Notes under the pieces: generated by a model | Databases searched by the model: none | The model's input: the letters and a program-made list of their open reading frames with translations, nothing else | Told to the model about the DNA's origin: nothing | Position numbers and translations under genes: made by a program | Assembly (NCBI GenBank): GCA_964423965.1 | Contig: CAYRGI010000001.1 | Location: forward strand, 15,872 to 62,891 | Source: an uncultured Candidatus Saccharimonadales bacterium | Lineage (GTDB): Bacteria > Patescibacteriota > Saccharimonadia > UBA4664 > SCTI01 | Length of the DNA: 47,020 bases | Direction of reading: 5' to 3' | Part shown: piece after piece, positions 15,335 through 23,336 of the stretch | Numbering within the stretch: position 1 is the first letter of the stretch | Layout: the number at the start of each line of letters is the position of its first letter

Positions 15335-18259
15335 ATGAATCCGGGGGAGTTAAAGCAGTCAGAGTTGGGGCTTTTTGGTCAGCCAGAAGAGGTTGTTCTT
15401 AATGACGCCCAAAAGGCTGCTGTAGAACATCTTGATGGCCCTGCCTTGGTTGTTGCCGGAGCAGGAACTGGTAAAACAAGGGTTATTACCCAGCGAATCG
15501 CACACCTTATTGGTATCGGTAAGGCGGAGCCACAGGAGATATTGGCGTTGACCTTTACCGAGAAGGCGGCTCGAGAGATGGCTGAAAGATTGTACGATCA
15601 GATTGGGTGGCGCTCCTATCAGGTGGCGGTTCTGACCTTCAACGCCTTTGGATCAGAACTGTTGGGTCGTTACGCCTCTCATATAGGGCGATCTGTTAGC
15701 GGTGGACTGCTGAACGATACCCAGAAAGCCCTTCTTCTTCAACAGAATATAGAACGCGTTGAGCTGTCATATTATGGTCCTCACTCGAATATTTTTGAGT
15801 TCCTGATCGGAGTGGTTGAGTACATTGGCAGACTGCAGAATGCAGGAATAGGAAGTGCCCAATATACGAAATACGCCTCCGGGTTGAAACCGGGAGCGGA
15901 AATGCACCCTCAAGATATTGCTGAGCAGCAAGATTTAGCTAGGCTTTATGAGCTATATGAGCAGCTAAAAGAGGAGTCTGGGACCTACGATTTCAATGAT
16001 CAGCTCCTGTTGCCATTGAAAATATTACAACAAAGAAAGAATTTAGCGCAAAGACTCAGTAAGCAGTACAAGTATGTGCTAGTAGACGAATATCAGGACA
16101 CGAACAAGCTGCAGGATGATCTGCTAAGAGCCTTCATTAGTAAAGAGGGTAATCTATTCGCTGTTGGAGATGATGACCAGGCGATATATGGGTTTAGAGG
16201 AGCAGAAATCGGCAACATACTTAACTTTGTTGATCATTTTAATGTTGAGAAGCCTCTAGCTCTAACCGAGAACTACAGGTCGGGTCAGGAGATACTAGAT
16301 TCGGCTTACAGACTAATCAAACACAATGATCCCAATAGGTTGGAGAGCAAGTTGGGTATCAATAAGAAGCTGTCTTCTTCAAAAAAGGGTAGCTCAATTG
16401 AGTTCAAGCTTTTCGAATCACCTACAGATGAGCTATCTGGAGTTGCAGAAGAAATACAATCAAAAATAAGTGAAGGCATTGAGCCAAAAAATATTGCTGT
16501 TCTATCCGCTACCCATGCTCCTTTAAAGCAGCTAGCAAAGATGCTCAAATCGAGAAATATTCCATTTGCACTATCAACTCAAGTTAATATTTTTGAGCAA
16601 CCAGAGCTTAAACATCTCTGGTATTTGCTCGAGTGGCTCGGGAACAAAGCCGATGACGAAAGTATTTCTCACGTTTTGATAAGTAAGTTTACAGGTTTGA
16701 AAGCCGAAGAAGTGAGGAAATTATTACAACAAAGGGACATCGATAATGAAAATTTAGAAGATGCTCTGCGTAAGACGGCTGAATCTGATGAAAATCTTGA
16801 GGGCGTAGTTCAAAAAATAGATGAATGGCGGAGCTGGGCGCAACAAAATTCGGTTAGTCAGCTAACATACAGGCTGGTGTTTAAAACGGGCCTGTCCGAC
16901 AGCCTTATTGAAGCCGCCAAGAGTGATGACCGCATTATTAGAGTTTTCGAAGACTTGGTTCAGCTACTTACACAGATGCAGGACTATGAGACGGTTGCAA
17001 AAGATAGCACGTTAATTGGTTACCTCAAGTCATTCCCCAAACCACCTACCATTGAGGTCCAAGAGCCGGTAGGAGACGAGGGAGGTGTTCAGCTTCTAAC
17101 CGTTCATGCATCCAAAGGTCTCGAGTTCAGCAGGGTATATCTTATAGGCTGCACACAGCGTAGTTGGAGTAGAGGTCGAGATTCGGGGTGGCAAATCCCT
17201 GAAGAGTTAAGAAGAGATAGTGATTTCGGCCCAGAGCACGAGCTCAGAAGACTGATGTATGTTGCAGTAACAAGAGCCAAGGATGATATTCAGTTAAGTG
17301 CAGCAGCCTTATCTGCAGGAGGCGTTCGTCAAACAGTTAGCCCATTTATTGATGAGCTCTTTGGTGACCTAAAGTTCAAGATGGGGAAGCAATCACTAGA
17401 CAAGCCTGCTATTGAGAAAGTATTGACAAAAATACAACGTATATATCCACTGGCGGGCTATAACGTCGGAAAGAAACTACCATTCGAAGATTCCGACGGA
17501 TGGCTCAACCTAACTGTTGGAGAATTAGCTTCCTACGAGTTTTGCCCGTATGATTTCTATCTGGAGAAGGTGTTGGGAATAAAACAACCCTTTGGAGCCC
17601 AATTAGCATTCGGGTCGGCAATCCATGGCGCGATCCAGTCATATTACGACTCCATTTTGCGAGGTGAAGAGCCAGTGGAAGAAGAGGTTATTCAGAGGCT
17701 CGACGAGCTTTGGAGCGAGCGTGGTTACCCGACAAAAAAGGCTGCAGAGCAAGCTATAAAATCAGCTCAAGAAGCTCTGCATAAATTTGTTGCTCGAGAG
17801 TTAAAATCGGATCGGCAGGTGCTCGGGTCTGAGGTGCCTATCAAAATCGAAATACCGGAGGCGAAGCTTCGTGTTCGGGGACGGCTAGATGCCTACTTCA
17901 AGACACCTGATGGAATTGAGCTTAGGGACTTCAAGACCGGTCGTAAAACAGATCCAGAAAGTCTGAGTCGTACAGCCAAGTCCAGCATCCAGCTCCGTAC
18001 CTATGCTATGGCTTTTCAAGAGATGACTGGTAAGAAGGTGGATCAAGTCGTCCTAGACTATGTTGTGAGTGGTGTTGAGGGGGGCGCTAGGCTGACGCCT
18101 AAAATCCTTCAAAATCATCGAGATAAGTTGATCTCGATTGCAGAAGGGATAAGGTCTCGTGAATTCAAGCCGAAGCCCTCGAATGTACATGAGTGTGCGG
18201 CAATCAAGTACTTCGGGGATGTCCAAGACTTCGAAGGCTATGAGGTGAGTGATGCGTGA
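15335..18259 (+). CDS. UvrD/PcrA-type SF1 helicase fused to a C-terminal PD-(D/E)XK (RecB/AddA-like) nuclease domain
   Basis: Helicase motifs are present: AGAGTGKT (Walker A), VLVDEYQDTN, VGDDDQAIYGFRGA, ENYRS, TVHASKGLEF and YVAVTRAK. The C-terminus has RGRLDAY...ELRDFKTG...QLRTYA (D..D/ExK plus QxxxY). Confidence 0.85.
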   Translation: MNPGELKQSELGLFGQPEEVVLNDAQKAAVEHLDGPALVVAGAGTGKTRVITQRIAHLIGIGKAEPQEILALTFTEKAAREMAERLYDQIGWRSYQVAVLTFNAFGSELLGRYASHIGRSVSGGLLNDTQKALLLQQNIERVELSYYGPHSNIFEFLIGVVEYIGRLQNAGIGSAQYTKYASGLKPGAEMHPQDIAEQQDLARLYELYEQLKEESGTYDFNDQLLLPLKILQQRKNLAQRLSKQYKYVLVDEYQDTNKLQDDLLRAFISKEGNLFAVGDDDQAIYGFRGAEIGNILNFVDHFNVEKPLALTENYRSGQEILDSAYRLIKHNDPNRLESKLGINKKLSSSKKGSSIEFKLFESPTDELSGVAEEIQSKISEGIEPKNIAVLSATHAPLKQLAKMLKSRNIPFALSTQVNIFEQPELKHLWYLLEWLGNKADDESISHVLISKFTGLKAEEVRKLLQQRDIDNENLEDALRKTAESDENLEGVVQKIDEWRSWAQQNSVSQLTYRLVFKTGLSDSLIEAAKSDDRIIRVFEDLVQLLTQMQDYETVAKDSTLIGYLKSFPKPPTIEVQEPVGDEGGVQLLTVHASKGLEFSRVYLIGCTQRSWSRGRDSGWQIPEELRRDSDFGPEHELRRLMYVAVTRAKDDIQLSAAALSAGGVRQTVSPFIDELFGDLKFKMGKQSLDKPAIEKVLTKIQRIYPLAGYNVGKKLPFEDSDGWLNLTVGELASYEFCPYDFYLEKVLGIKQPFGAQLAFGSAIHGAIQSYYDSILRGEEPVEEEVIQRLDELWSERGYPTKKAAEQAIKSAQEALHKFVARELKSDRQVLGSEVPIKIEIPEAKLRVRGRLDAYFKTPDGIELRDFKTGRKTDPESLSRTAKSSIQLRTYAMAFQEMTGKKVDQVVLDYVVSGVEGGARLTPKILQNHRDKLISIAEGIRSREFKPKPSNVHECAAIKYFGDVQDFEGYEVSDA

Positions 18260-18719
18260 CGACATTTGGTTGCAGCAGCTTCTAGATGAGACTTGGGACA
18301 GGTACTTCAGCGACGTTCCTCAGGAAAATATTGTCCGAATTGAGTTCGGCCGCAGGGCTAAACGTCAGCTTGGTTCAATTAGGCGCGATCGAAAAGACCC
18401 ATCGGTCACAATCATCACGTTGAATGGTCTATTTCGCTATGAGAATATTCCAGAGCACATTCCTCAATCGACTCTGGTGCATGAGTTGATTCATTATGCT
18501 CATGGCTTCAATTCGCCTTTAGAACAGCTCCACAGGCATCCTCACGCGGGTGGTGTGGTGCGTCGCGAGTATGCTGAGCGCGGCCTTGAGCAGATGTATC
18601 TCGATCAACAGAAATGGCTTAAGGATAACTGGCCCAGAATACTTGAAGAGAACTTTGGCACAAGCCTGCCAAAACCCAGGAGGAGTCGACGCCGCGTACC
18701 CAAACCATTTTGGTTTTAG
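18249..18719 (+). CDS. SprT-like / HExxH zinc-metalloprotease-motif protein
   Basis: The LVHELIHYAHG motif is present. The C-terminus is basic. The start (GTG 18249 or ATG 18252) overlaps the helicase stop codon. Confidence 0.5.
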   Translation: MMRDDIWLQQLLDETWDRYFSDVPQENIVRIEFGRRAKRQLGSIRRDRKDPSVTIITLNGLFRYENIPEHIPQSTLVHELIHYAHGFNSPLEQLHRHPHAGGVVRREYAERGLEQMYLDQQKWLKDNWPRILEENFGTSLPKPRRSRRRVPKPFWF

Positions 18720-18727
18720 CGATAGGG

Positions 18728-18733
18728 TAGAAT
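18728..18733 (+). promoter_or_regulatory. -10 TAGAAT 6 nt upstream of the ATG at 18740
   Basis: The sequence is TAGAAT AAGCAT ATG. Confidence 0.45.
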
Positions 18734-18739
18734 AAGCAT

Positions 18740-19618
18740 ATGTGGTTTATTTATGGGATTCTAAATGCTAGCTTTTTATCGGTTAGGCGACTCTACGACA
18801 AGAAAGCCTTAACAACTGGCCATGTACCTCCATTGACCTTGAGCTGGTCGACCAGGGCGATTGCTGCAGTAATTATGCTTGCTGGCTTAATACTCTTTAT
18901 CCAGCCTGATGTAACCATTTCAACAGACTTCTATATTGCAATCATTTTGGTGACGGTGGGGTTTTACCCGTTGTTCTCTTGGCTGTACTACTCTGCGCTC
19001 AGGGACGGGAAGATTTCGACTACGCTCCCAATACTCGGCTTGATACCGGTCTTCAGCTTGGTAGCGGCTTACTTTGTAAGAGGAGAGACACCACCTCTTT
19101 GGGGTATTGTTGGAGTCCTCTCTATAGCGTTCTCGATATACTACATGCACTTTCATACTTTCAATCATCCACTTCAACCATTTAAGGAAATACTATCTGA
19201 AAAACCTGCTAGAAAGATGCTAGCTGTTGCGGTTATTGCAACGTTTGGAGCTTTGGTAGACAAATGGGGAGTTGATGCCGGTGGTCCTTTTCTTTATGCA
19301 ACTTTCAATCTGGTTGGAGCGGTAATGGCAGTCGCTATAATCGATGCGATTATGCATCACAAAAGAGCGATTCAGCCAGTGTTTGAGAGGTGGCACATTA
19401 TTTTATTCATTGGGCTAGTCGAATTGGGTGTTTTCGTTTTTTACAACCTAGCATTAGCTAATACACCATCTGTAGCATATATCGTTGCCATGAGGGATCT
19501 AAGTATCTTAGTGACGGCGGCCGTGGGAGCTTATGTCTACAAAGAGAAGGTCAGCAACCATACAAAAGCCGCGTATTTGATCGCGGCCATTGGTTTTATA
19601 CTTATCGCTGTTCAATAA
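18740..19618 (+). CDS. EamA/DMT-superfamily transporter-like membrane protein
   Basis: About 10 hydrophobic helices are arranged as two similar halves, 292 aa in total. The family call rests on topology and length only. Confidence 0.55.
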   Translation: MWFIYGILNASFLSVRRLYDKKALTTGHVPPLTLSWSTRAIAAVIMLAGLILFIQPDVTISTDFYIAIILVTVGFYPLFSWLYYSALRDGKISTTLPILGLIPVFSLVAAYFVRGETPPLWGIVGVLSIAFSIYYMHFHTFNHPLQPFKEILSEKPARKMLAVAVIATFGALVDKWGVDAGGPFLYATFNLVGAVMAVAIIDAIMHHKRAIQPVFERWHIILFIGLVELGVFVFYNLALANTPSVAYIVAMRDLSILVTAAVGAYVYKEKVSNHTKAAYLIAAIGFILIAVQ

Positions 19619-19622
19619 TACC

Positions 19623-19699
19623 TGGTCGGGGTGAAAGGACTCGAACCTTCGACCTCAGCAACCCGAATGCTGCGCGCTAGCCAACTGCGCCACACCCCG
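19623..19699 (-). tRNA. tRNA-Pro (anticodon CGG), CCA encoded
   Basis: The reverse complement folds as: CGGGGTG / TG / GCGC-AGTTGGCTA-GCGC / G / CAGCA-TTCGGGT-TGCTG / AGGTC / GAAGG-TTCGAGT-CCTTT / CACCCCG-A-CCA. This is a 77-nt cloverleaf with a perfect 7-bp acceptor stem. Confidence 0.9.
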
Positions 19700-19728
19700 C
19701 GACGGGGGAATAATAGCAAAAATGAAGG

Positions 19729-19768
19729 GGGCCCCGCTAGCTCTCAAGGATGAGAGGTAACGGGGCCC
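19729..19768 (-). terminator. Compound GC-rich hairpin downstream of the zinc-ribbon gene
   Basis: GGGCCCCG (19729-19736) pairs with CGGGGCCC (19761-19768). An inner stem CTCTCA/TGAGAG has an AGGA loop. On the minus strand, CATTTTT follows. Confidence 0.6.
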
Positions 19769-19788
19769 GGTTGGGTCCGGCGATGGTT

Positions 19789-20148
19789 TTACGCATCGTT
19801 GCCCCCGTAAGGGCTGTAGTCGGACTTGGGGTTGGAGTTGTCGCCGCGATCGCTGCGTCCTCCAGAAGACTTTGGACGGTTGCCGTCCTTTGTCGTCTTT
19901 GACTTTGCGCTCTTGCTTCGCGAGCCCTTTGTCTTGGACCCGGTAAAGACAACCTTCTTACGAACCCTTGACTTCGGCTTCGAGGGAGTCTCGGGGCGGA
20001 TGCGCTTTGGTGGCGCGACTGGGACTCGGTTCGTGTCGATGTCGAACTCTTGATCGCAGCTGGGACATTTGATCATCCCGTTGGTTCCTACTGAACCCCA
20101 GTCAAGTGCCTTGCACTGAGGGTTGGGGCACCTTGGTACTCCTGACAT
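19789..20148 (-). CDS. Zinc-ribbon protein with a Lys/Arg/Ser-rich disordered tail
   Basis: CPNPQC...CPSC forms a four-Cys ribbon at the N-terminus. The tail is rich in K/R/S/P. Two spot-counted 60-nt lines gave 52% and 67% GC. Confidence 0.6.
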   Translation of the reverse strand: MSGVPRCPNPQCKALDWGSVGTNGMIKCPSCDQEFDIDTNRVPVAPPKRIRPETPSKPKSRVRKKVVFTGSKTKGSRSKSAKSKTTKDGNRPKSSGGRSDRGDNSNPKSDYSPYGGNDA

Positions 20149-20254
20149 GTTCCTCCCAGAAATCGTATTTCTAGAACAGATACATTATACAACAAAAACA
20201 TAAGCATTACAAGTATATTAATGAAAAATTCGTGACAAAACCAAACAAATACCG

Positions 20255-20260
20255 TACACT
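20255..20260 (+). promoter_or_regulatory. -10-like TACACT 6 nt upstream of the rmuC ATG
   Basis: The sequence is TACACT TTCATT ATG. Confidence 0.4.
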
Positions 20261-20266
20261 TTCATT

Positions 20267-21328
20267 ATGGAACTGATTATTGGAGCGGTAATAATTGCAG
20301 CAGCACTGATTGGTGTTGGCATCTATTTATCTTTCCTCATAAAGCGAAACTCTCAATCTGAATCAAAGCCAGATCAAGGCCTGCTTTTGCTCCAAGAGCA
20401 GTTGGGAAAACTAACAGATAGGATGGATGAGAGGCTCGATAAGTCTCATGAGAATATGCAGACTGCAATTCGAAGCCAGTTTGCCGCCTCAACCAAACTC
20501 ATCGGAGAAGTTACTCGGGATCTAACCGAACTCAAAGAAAGTAACAAGCAGGTCATGAACATTACTGATGAGCTCAAGCTTCTGCAAAATACACTTCAAA
20601 ACCCTAAGCAGAGAGGAGTTCTAGGGGAGTACTTCCTACAGACGGTCCTAGAGAATGTTCTCCCGCCTGAGCGCTACAAGCTTCAACATCGATTCAATGA
20701 TGGCGAAACAGTTGATGCTGCTATTATTCTTGATCGGGGCAAGATCCTTCCTGTAGATTCAAAGTTTAGCCTCGAGAATTACAACAGACTTGTTGACGAA
20801 AAGAATGAGCAGAGGCGTGAGACCTTGGTTAGGGCAATCAAGAATGATCTTAAGCTTCGTATCGATGAAACTTCAAAGTACATCCGTCCCTCAGAAGGAA
20901 CTATGGACTTCGCCTTTATGTTTATTCCTAGCGAAGCGATATATTACGACCTGCTGGTTAACAAAATCGGTACGTTGCAGACAAATGCCCGAGATCTTAT
21001 TGAATATGCTTTCCGAGATAAGAAAGTCATAATTGTAAGCCCAACATCATTTATGGCTTATCTTCAAACGGTCATGCAGGGGCTAAGAAGTCTTCAAATT
21101 GAAGAGCGGGCCAAAGAGATCGAGAAACGTGTGGGAGAGCTTGGCCGTCATCTTACTGCTCACGAGACATATATGCAGAAGCTCGGCGGTTCGCTTGGCA
21201 CAACAGTTAACCATTTCAATGCGGCACATAAAGAGCTCGCCAAGGTTGATAAGGACGTAGTTAAAATTGCCGAGACCACACCTGCCGTAGAGGCAATACT
21301 TGTCGACAAGCCATCATTAAACGACTAA
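20267..21328 (+). CDS. rmuC: DNA recombination protein RmuC
   Basis: An N-terminal TM helix and coiled coil are followed by RGVLGEYFLQTVLENVLP...VDAAIIL...LPVDSKFSLENY...FMFIPSEAIY, which is characteristic of RmuC. Confidence 0.8.
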   Translation: MELIIGAVIIAAALIGVGIYLSFLIKRNSQSESKPDQGLLLLQEQLGKLTDRMDERLDKSHENMQTAIRSQFAASTKLIGEVTRDLTELKESNKQVMNITDELKLLQNTLQNPKQRGVLGEYFLQTVLENVLPPERYKLQHRFNDGETVDAAIILDRGKILPVDSKFSLENYNRLVDEKNEQRRETLVRAIKNDLKLRIDETSKYIRPSEGTMDFAFMFIPSEAIYYDLLVNKIGTLQTNARDLIEYAFRDKKVIIVSPTSFMAYLQTVMQGLRSLQIEERAKEIEKRVGELGRHLTAHETYMQKLGGSLGTTVNHFNAAHKELAKVDKDVVKIAETTPAVEAILVDKPSLND

Positions 21329-21331
21329 TAT
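21326..21331 (+). promoter_or_regulatory. -10 TAATAT 6 nt upstream of the trpS ATG
   Basis: The sequence is TAATAT TTACAT ATG. It overlaps the rmuC stop codon. Confidence 0.45.
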
Positions 21332-21337
21332 TTACAT

Positions 21338-22342
21338 ATGAAGCGTGTCCTTTCTGGAATCCGTTCAAACAACGACCTGACCCTCGGTAATTACCTTGGA
21401 GCTCTAAAGCCATGGGTTGAGATGCAGCCTCAGGTTGGTGATGCCGACAGAACGACCGAGTACTTTTTCTTTGTTCCAGATTTACATACTCTAGTCGCTC
21501 GGCCAGAGCCATCAGTGTTGAGACGAAACACGCTTTCGAACGTCGCCTGGTTCCTTGCAGCAGGTCTGGACCCAGATCGAGTAACCCTGTTTGTACAATC
21601 TCAAATACCGGCTCATAGCGAGCTGGCTTGGATATTCAACAACTTTGTGACTATGGGCGAGCTAAGTCGAATGACTCAGTTTAAAGATAAGTCTCGCAAA
21701 GGTGGATCAGAGGGCCAGTTGGTCGGGATGTTTACATACCCAACCCTTATGGCGGCAGACATACTTTTGTACGATGCAGACGAGGTTCCTGTTGGAGATG
21801 ACCAAGTCCAGCACGTTGAGCTAGCTCGTGATATAGCACAGCGCTTTAACAATCTTTATAATGGCGTATTCAAGCTTCCCAAGGCTGTTAAGCCGGTTGC
21901 AGGTGCAAGAGTTATGAATCTCCAGGATCCAAATTCTAAGATGAGCAAGAGCGACGAAGATTCGAGCGGTGTTATTTTGCTTAGCGATTCATCCGAAACA
22001 ATTCGAAAGAAAATTATGAGAGCGGTAACTGACTCAGGAAGCAACGTAAAAAGGGGCGAGGGGAAAGAGGCAATTTCGAATTTACTTGAAATTTTTTCTG
22101 CCATTACCGGGGACAAAGTGGAGGCAATTGAAAATCGATACAAGGGCAAGGGATATGGAGACTTTAAGAAAGATCTTGCCTCGGCAGTGGTTGATCACCT
22201 AATGCCGATACAGGAAATGCATAACGAGCTTATGAACGACCCCTCAAAATTAAACGCCGTCCTGGAAACAGGTAGAGAAAAAGCTGCCAAAATAGCGGAC
22301 GATAAGCTAGATCAGATCAAGCAAAGCTTAGGACTAATATAA
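21338..22342 (+). CDS. trpS: Tryptophan--tRNA ligase
   Basis: It has a class I fold with a KMSKS motif. GDDQVQHVELARDIAQRFN is typical of TrpRS. Length is 334 aa. Confidence 0.9.
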   Translation: MKRVLSGIRSNNDLTLGNYLGALKPWVEMQPQVGDADRTTEYFFFVPDLHTLVARPEPSVLRRNTLSNVAWFLAAGLDPDRVTLFVQSQIPAHSELAWIFNNFVTMGELSRMTQFKDKSRKGGSEGQLVGMFTYPTLMAADILLYDADEVPVGDDQVQHVELARDIAQRFNNLYNGVFKLPKAVKPVAGARVMNLQDPNSKMSKSDEDSSGVILLSDSSETIRKKIMRAVTDSGSNVKRGEGKEAISNLLEIFSAITGDKVEAIENRYKGKGYGDFKKDLASAVVDHLMPIQEMHNELMNDPSKLNAVLETGREKAAKIADDKLDQIKQSLGLI

Positions 22343-22380
22343 TAATTGTAGTTTTTACTACAGATTTTACTCGAAGACTG

Positions 22381-22410
22381 TTGACATTTTTATACTACTT
22401 ATGCTAATAT
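22381..22410 (+). promoter_or_regulatory. Sigma-70-type promoter for the orphan RNA locus
   Basis: TTGACA (22381-22386), an 18-nt spacer containing TGc, then TAATAT (22405-22410). Confidence 0.55.
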
Positions 22411-22416
22411 GAGGGC

Positions 22417-22919
22417 AATCAAACAAAACAAGGTTTGATTTACCTTGAAAAACAAAAACCTCAATAAAGAAACTCGCAATTACACCAATAGGGAGGCGGT
22501 CCAAACGTCCATCCCTCCGTAGAGGACTGTGGGACCAGCCCGGACTTAGAAGTATCCCCCTTACTTTCTAAATCCGGACTTGTCCTACTGTTCTAGAAGT
22601 GTCATGCAATTAGCACTTTGCTGGAATCTGAGGTAGATCCTGGTCGCGATCATGAATCGTGGTCAGAAACTACCTCAGATACCGTACCAACGGTAGTGAT
22701 TGCACCTGCTACTGCGTAACCTTACCACACGCAGTACTCGGAATCTTTGCACCACCGGTGTAAGGAATCTTATCCGGGGCGACAGGCGCCAACTAAGTAA
22801 CATACATTGGGCGATTCCTAGTTGCCCCGGCACGCTGAAATTATCTCGTATCGGGTTGTTGTAGTATTCGATACATCAATTATCAATAAAAACGTCTGGA
22901 TCCCGGCCAGGCGTTTTTT
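22417..22919 (+). ncRNA. Candidate structured non-coding RNA of about 500 nt, family unassigned
   Basis: No ORF of 60 aa or more appears in any frame across 22343-22976. A promoter lies upstream and an intrinsic terminator at the 3' end. Many clean hairpins are present: TCTGAGGTAG/CTACCTCAGA (10 bp, 22628-22679), TACTGCGT/ACGCAGTA (8 bp), CCGGGGC/GCCCCGG (7 bp), GGGAGG/CCCTCC, CCGGACTTAGAAGT/ACTTTCTAAATCCGG and GTATCG/CGATAC. One core line (22501-22560) counts 60% GC against 38% for the line before it. Confidence 0.45.
22892..22919 (+). terminator. Intrinsic terminator of the orphan RNA locus
   Basis: ACGTCTGG pairs with CCAGGCGT (8 bp including one G-U). TTTTTT follows, and an A-run lies upstream. 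Confidence 0.75.
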
Positions 22920-22976
22920 ATTTATTTGAAGCATAAGCCATAATTTGACATACTTGTATCAAGAAAAGAGGTAATT

Positions 22977-23336
22977 GTGGCTAAAGGTTATGTAGCCAAA
23001 ACATCAACCATTGCATTAGCGGCCGGTGCGGTCTGCTTTTTAGCGCTTATAGCTACGAACCCCTCATCGGTTGGGCCCATTGGTGTAACCATATGGTTCC
23101 TCTTGCTATTTGCAGCCCTCAGCTCCCTGGCGGCTCTCGTGAGCTTCTTAGTAGCCAATAGCATCACTAAGAACGAAGCCAGCAAGTCAGCCGCATGGAG
23201 ACGGGGATTTTTTATAGGGGGCTATATTACTATATTGCTCGCCTTAAGCTCTCTTCAGCAGCTCAACCTTAGGGATGGAATCCTCCTTGCACTATTACTA
23301 CTGTTGGCGGAGTTCTATATGGTGATGCGAAAATGA
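22977..23336 (+). CDS. Small four-helix membrane protein
   Basis: GTG start with AAGAGGT upstream. Four hydrophobic segments. The stop codon overlaps the pheS start as ATGA. Confidence 0.6.
   Translation: MAKGYVAKTSTIALAAGAVCFLALIATNPSSVGPIGVTIWFLLLFAALSSLAALVSFLVANSITKNEASKSAAWRRGFFIGGYITILLALSSLQQLNLRDGILLALLLLLAEFYMVMRK

Noticed and set aside
22538-22590. The minus strand reads AAGTCCGGG twice, reminiscent of the RNase P RNA P4 core GAGGAAAGUCCGGGC.
   Set aside because: The two copies are simply the two arms of one imperfect hairpin. None of the other RNase P conserved regions (AGGGUGAAAGGGUG, GUAAGAGCGCACC, ACAGAACCCGGCUUA) is present on either strand. On the minus strand too little structured sequence follows.
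22700-22925. Possible T-box leader regulating pheS/pheT, since the locus lies upstream of pheS and ends in a terminator.
   Set aside because: I found no T-box consensus (AAnnnGGGUGGnACCGCG) overlapping the terminator 5' arm. The closest string, CACCACCGGTG, does not match on either strand. The RNA is about twice T-box length. A separate promoter-like region and a membrane-protein gene lie between it and pheS.
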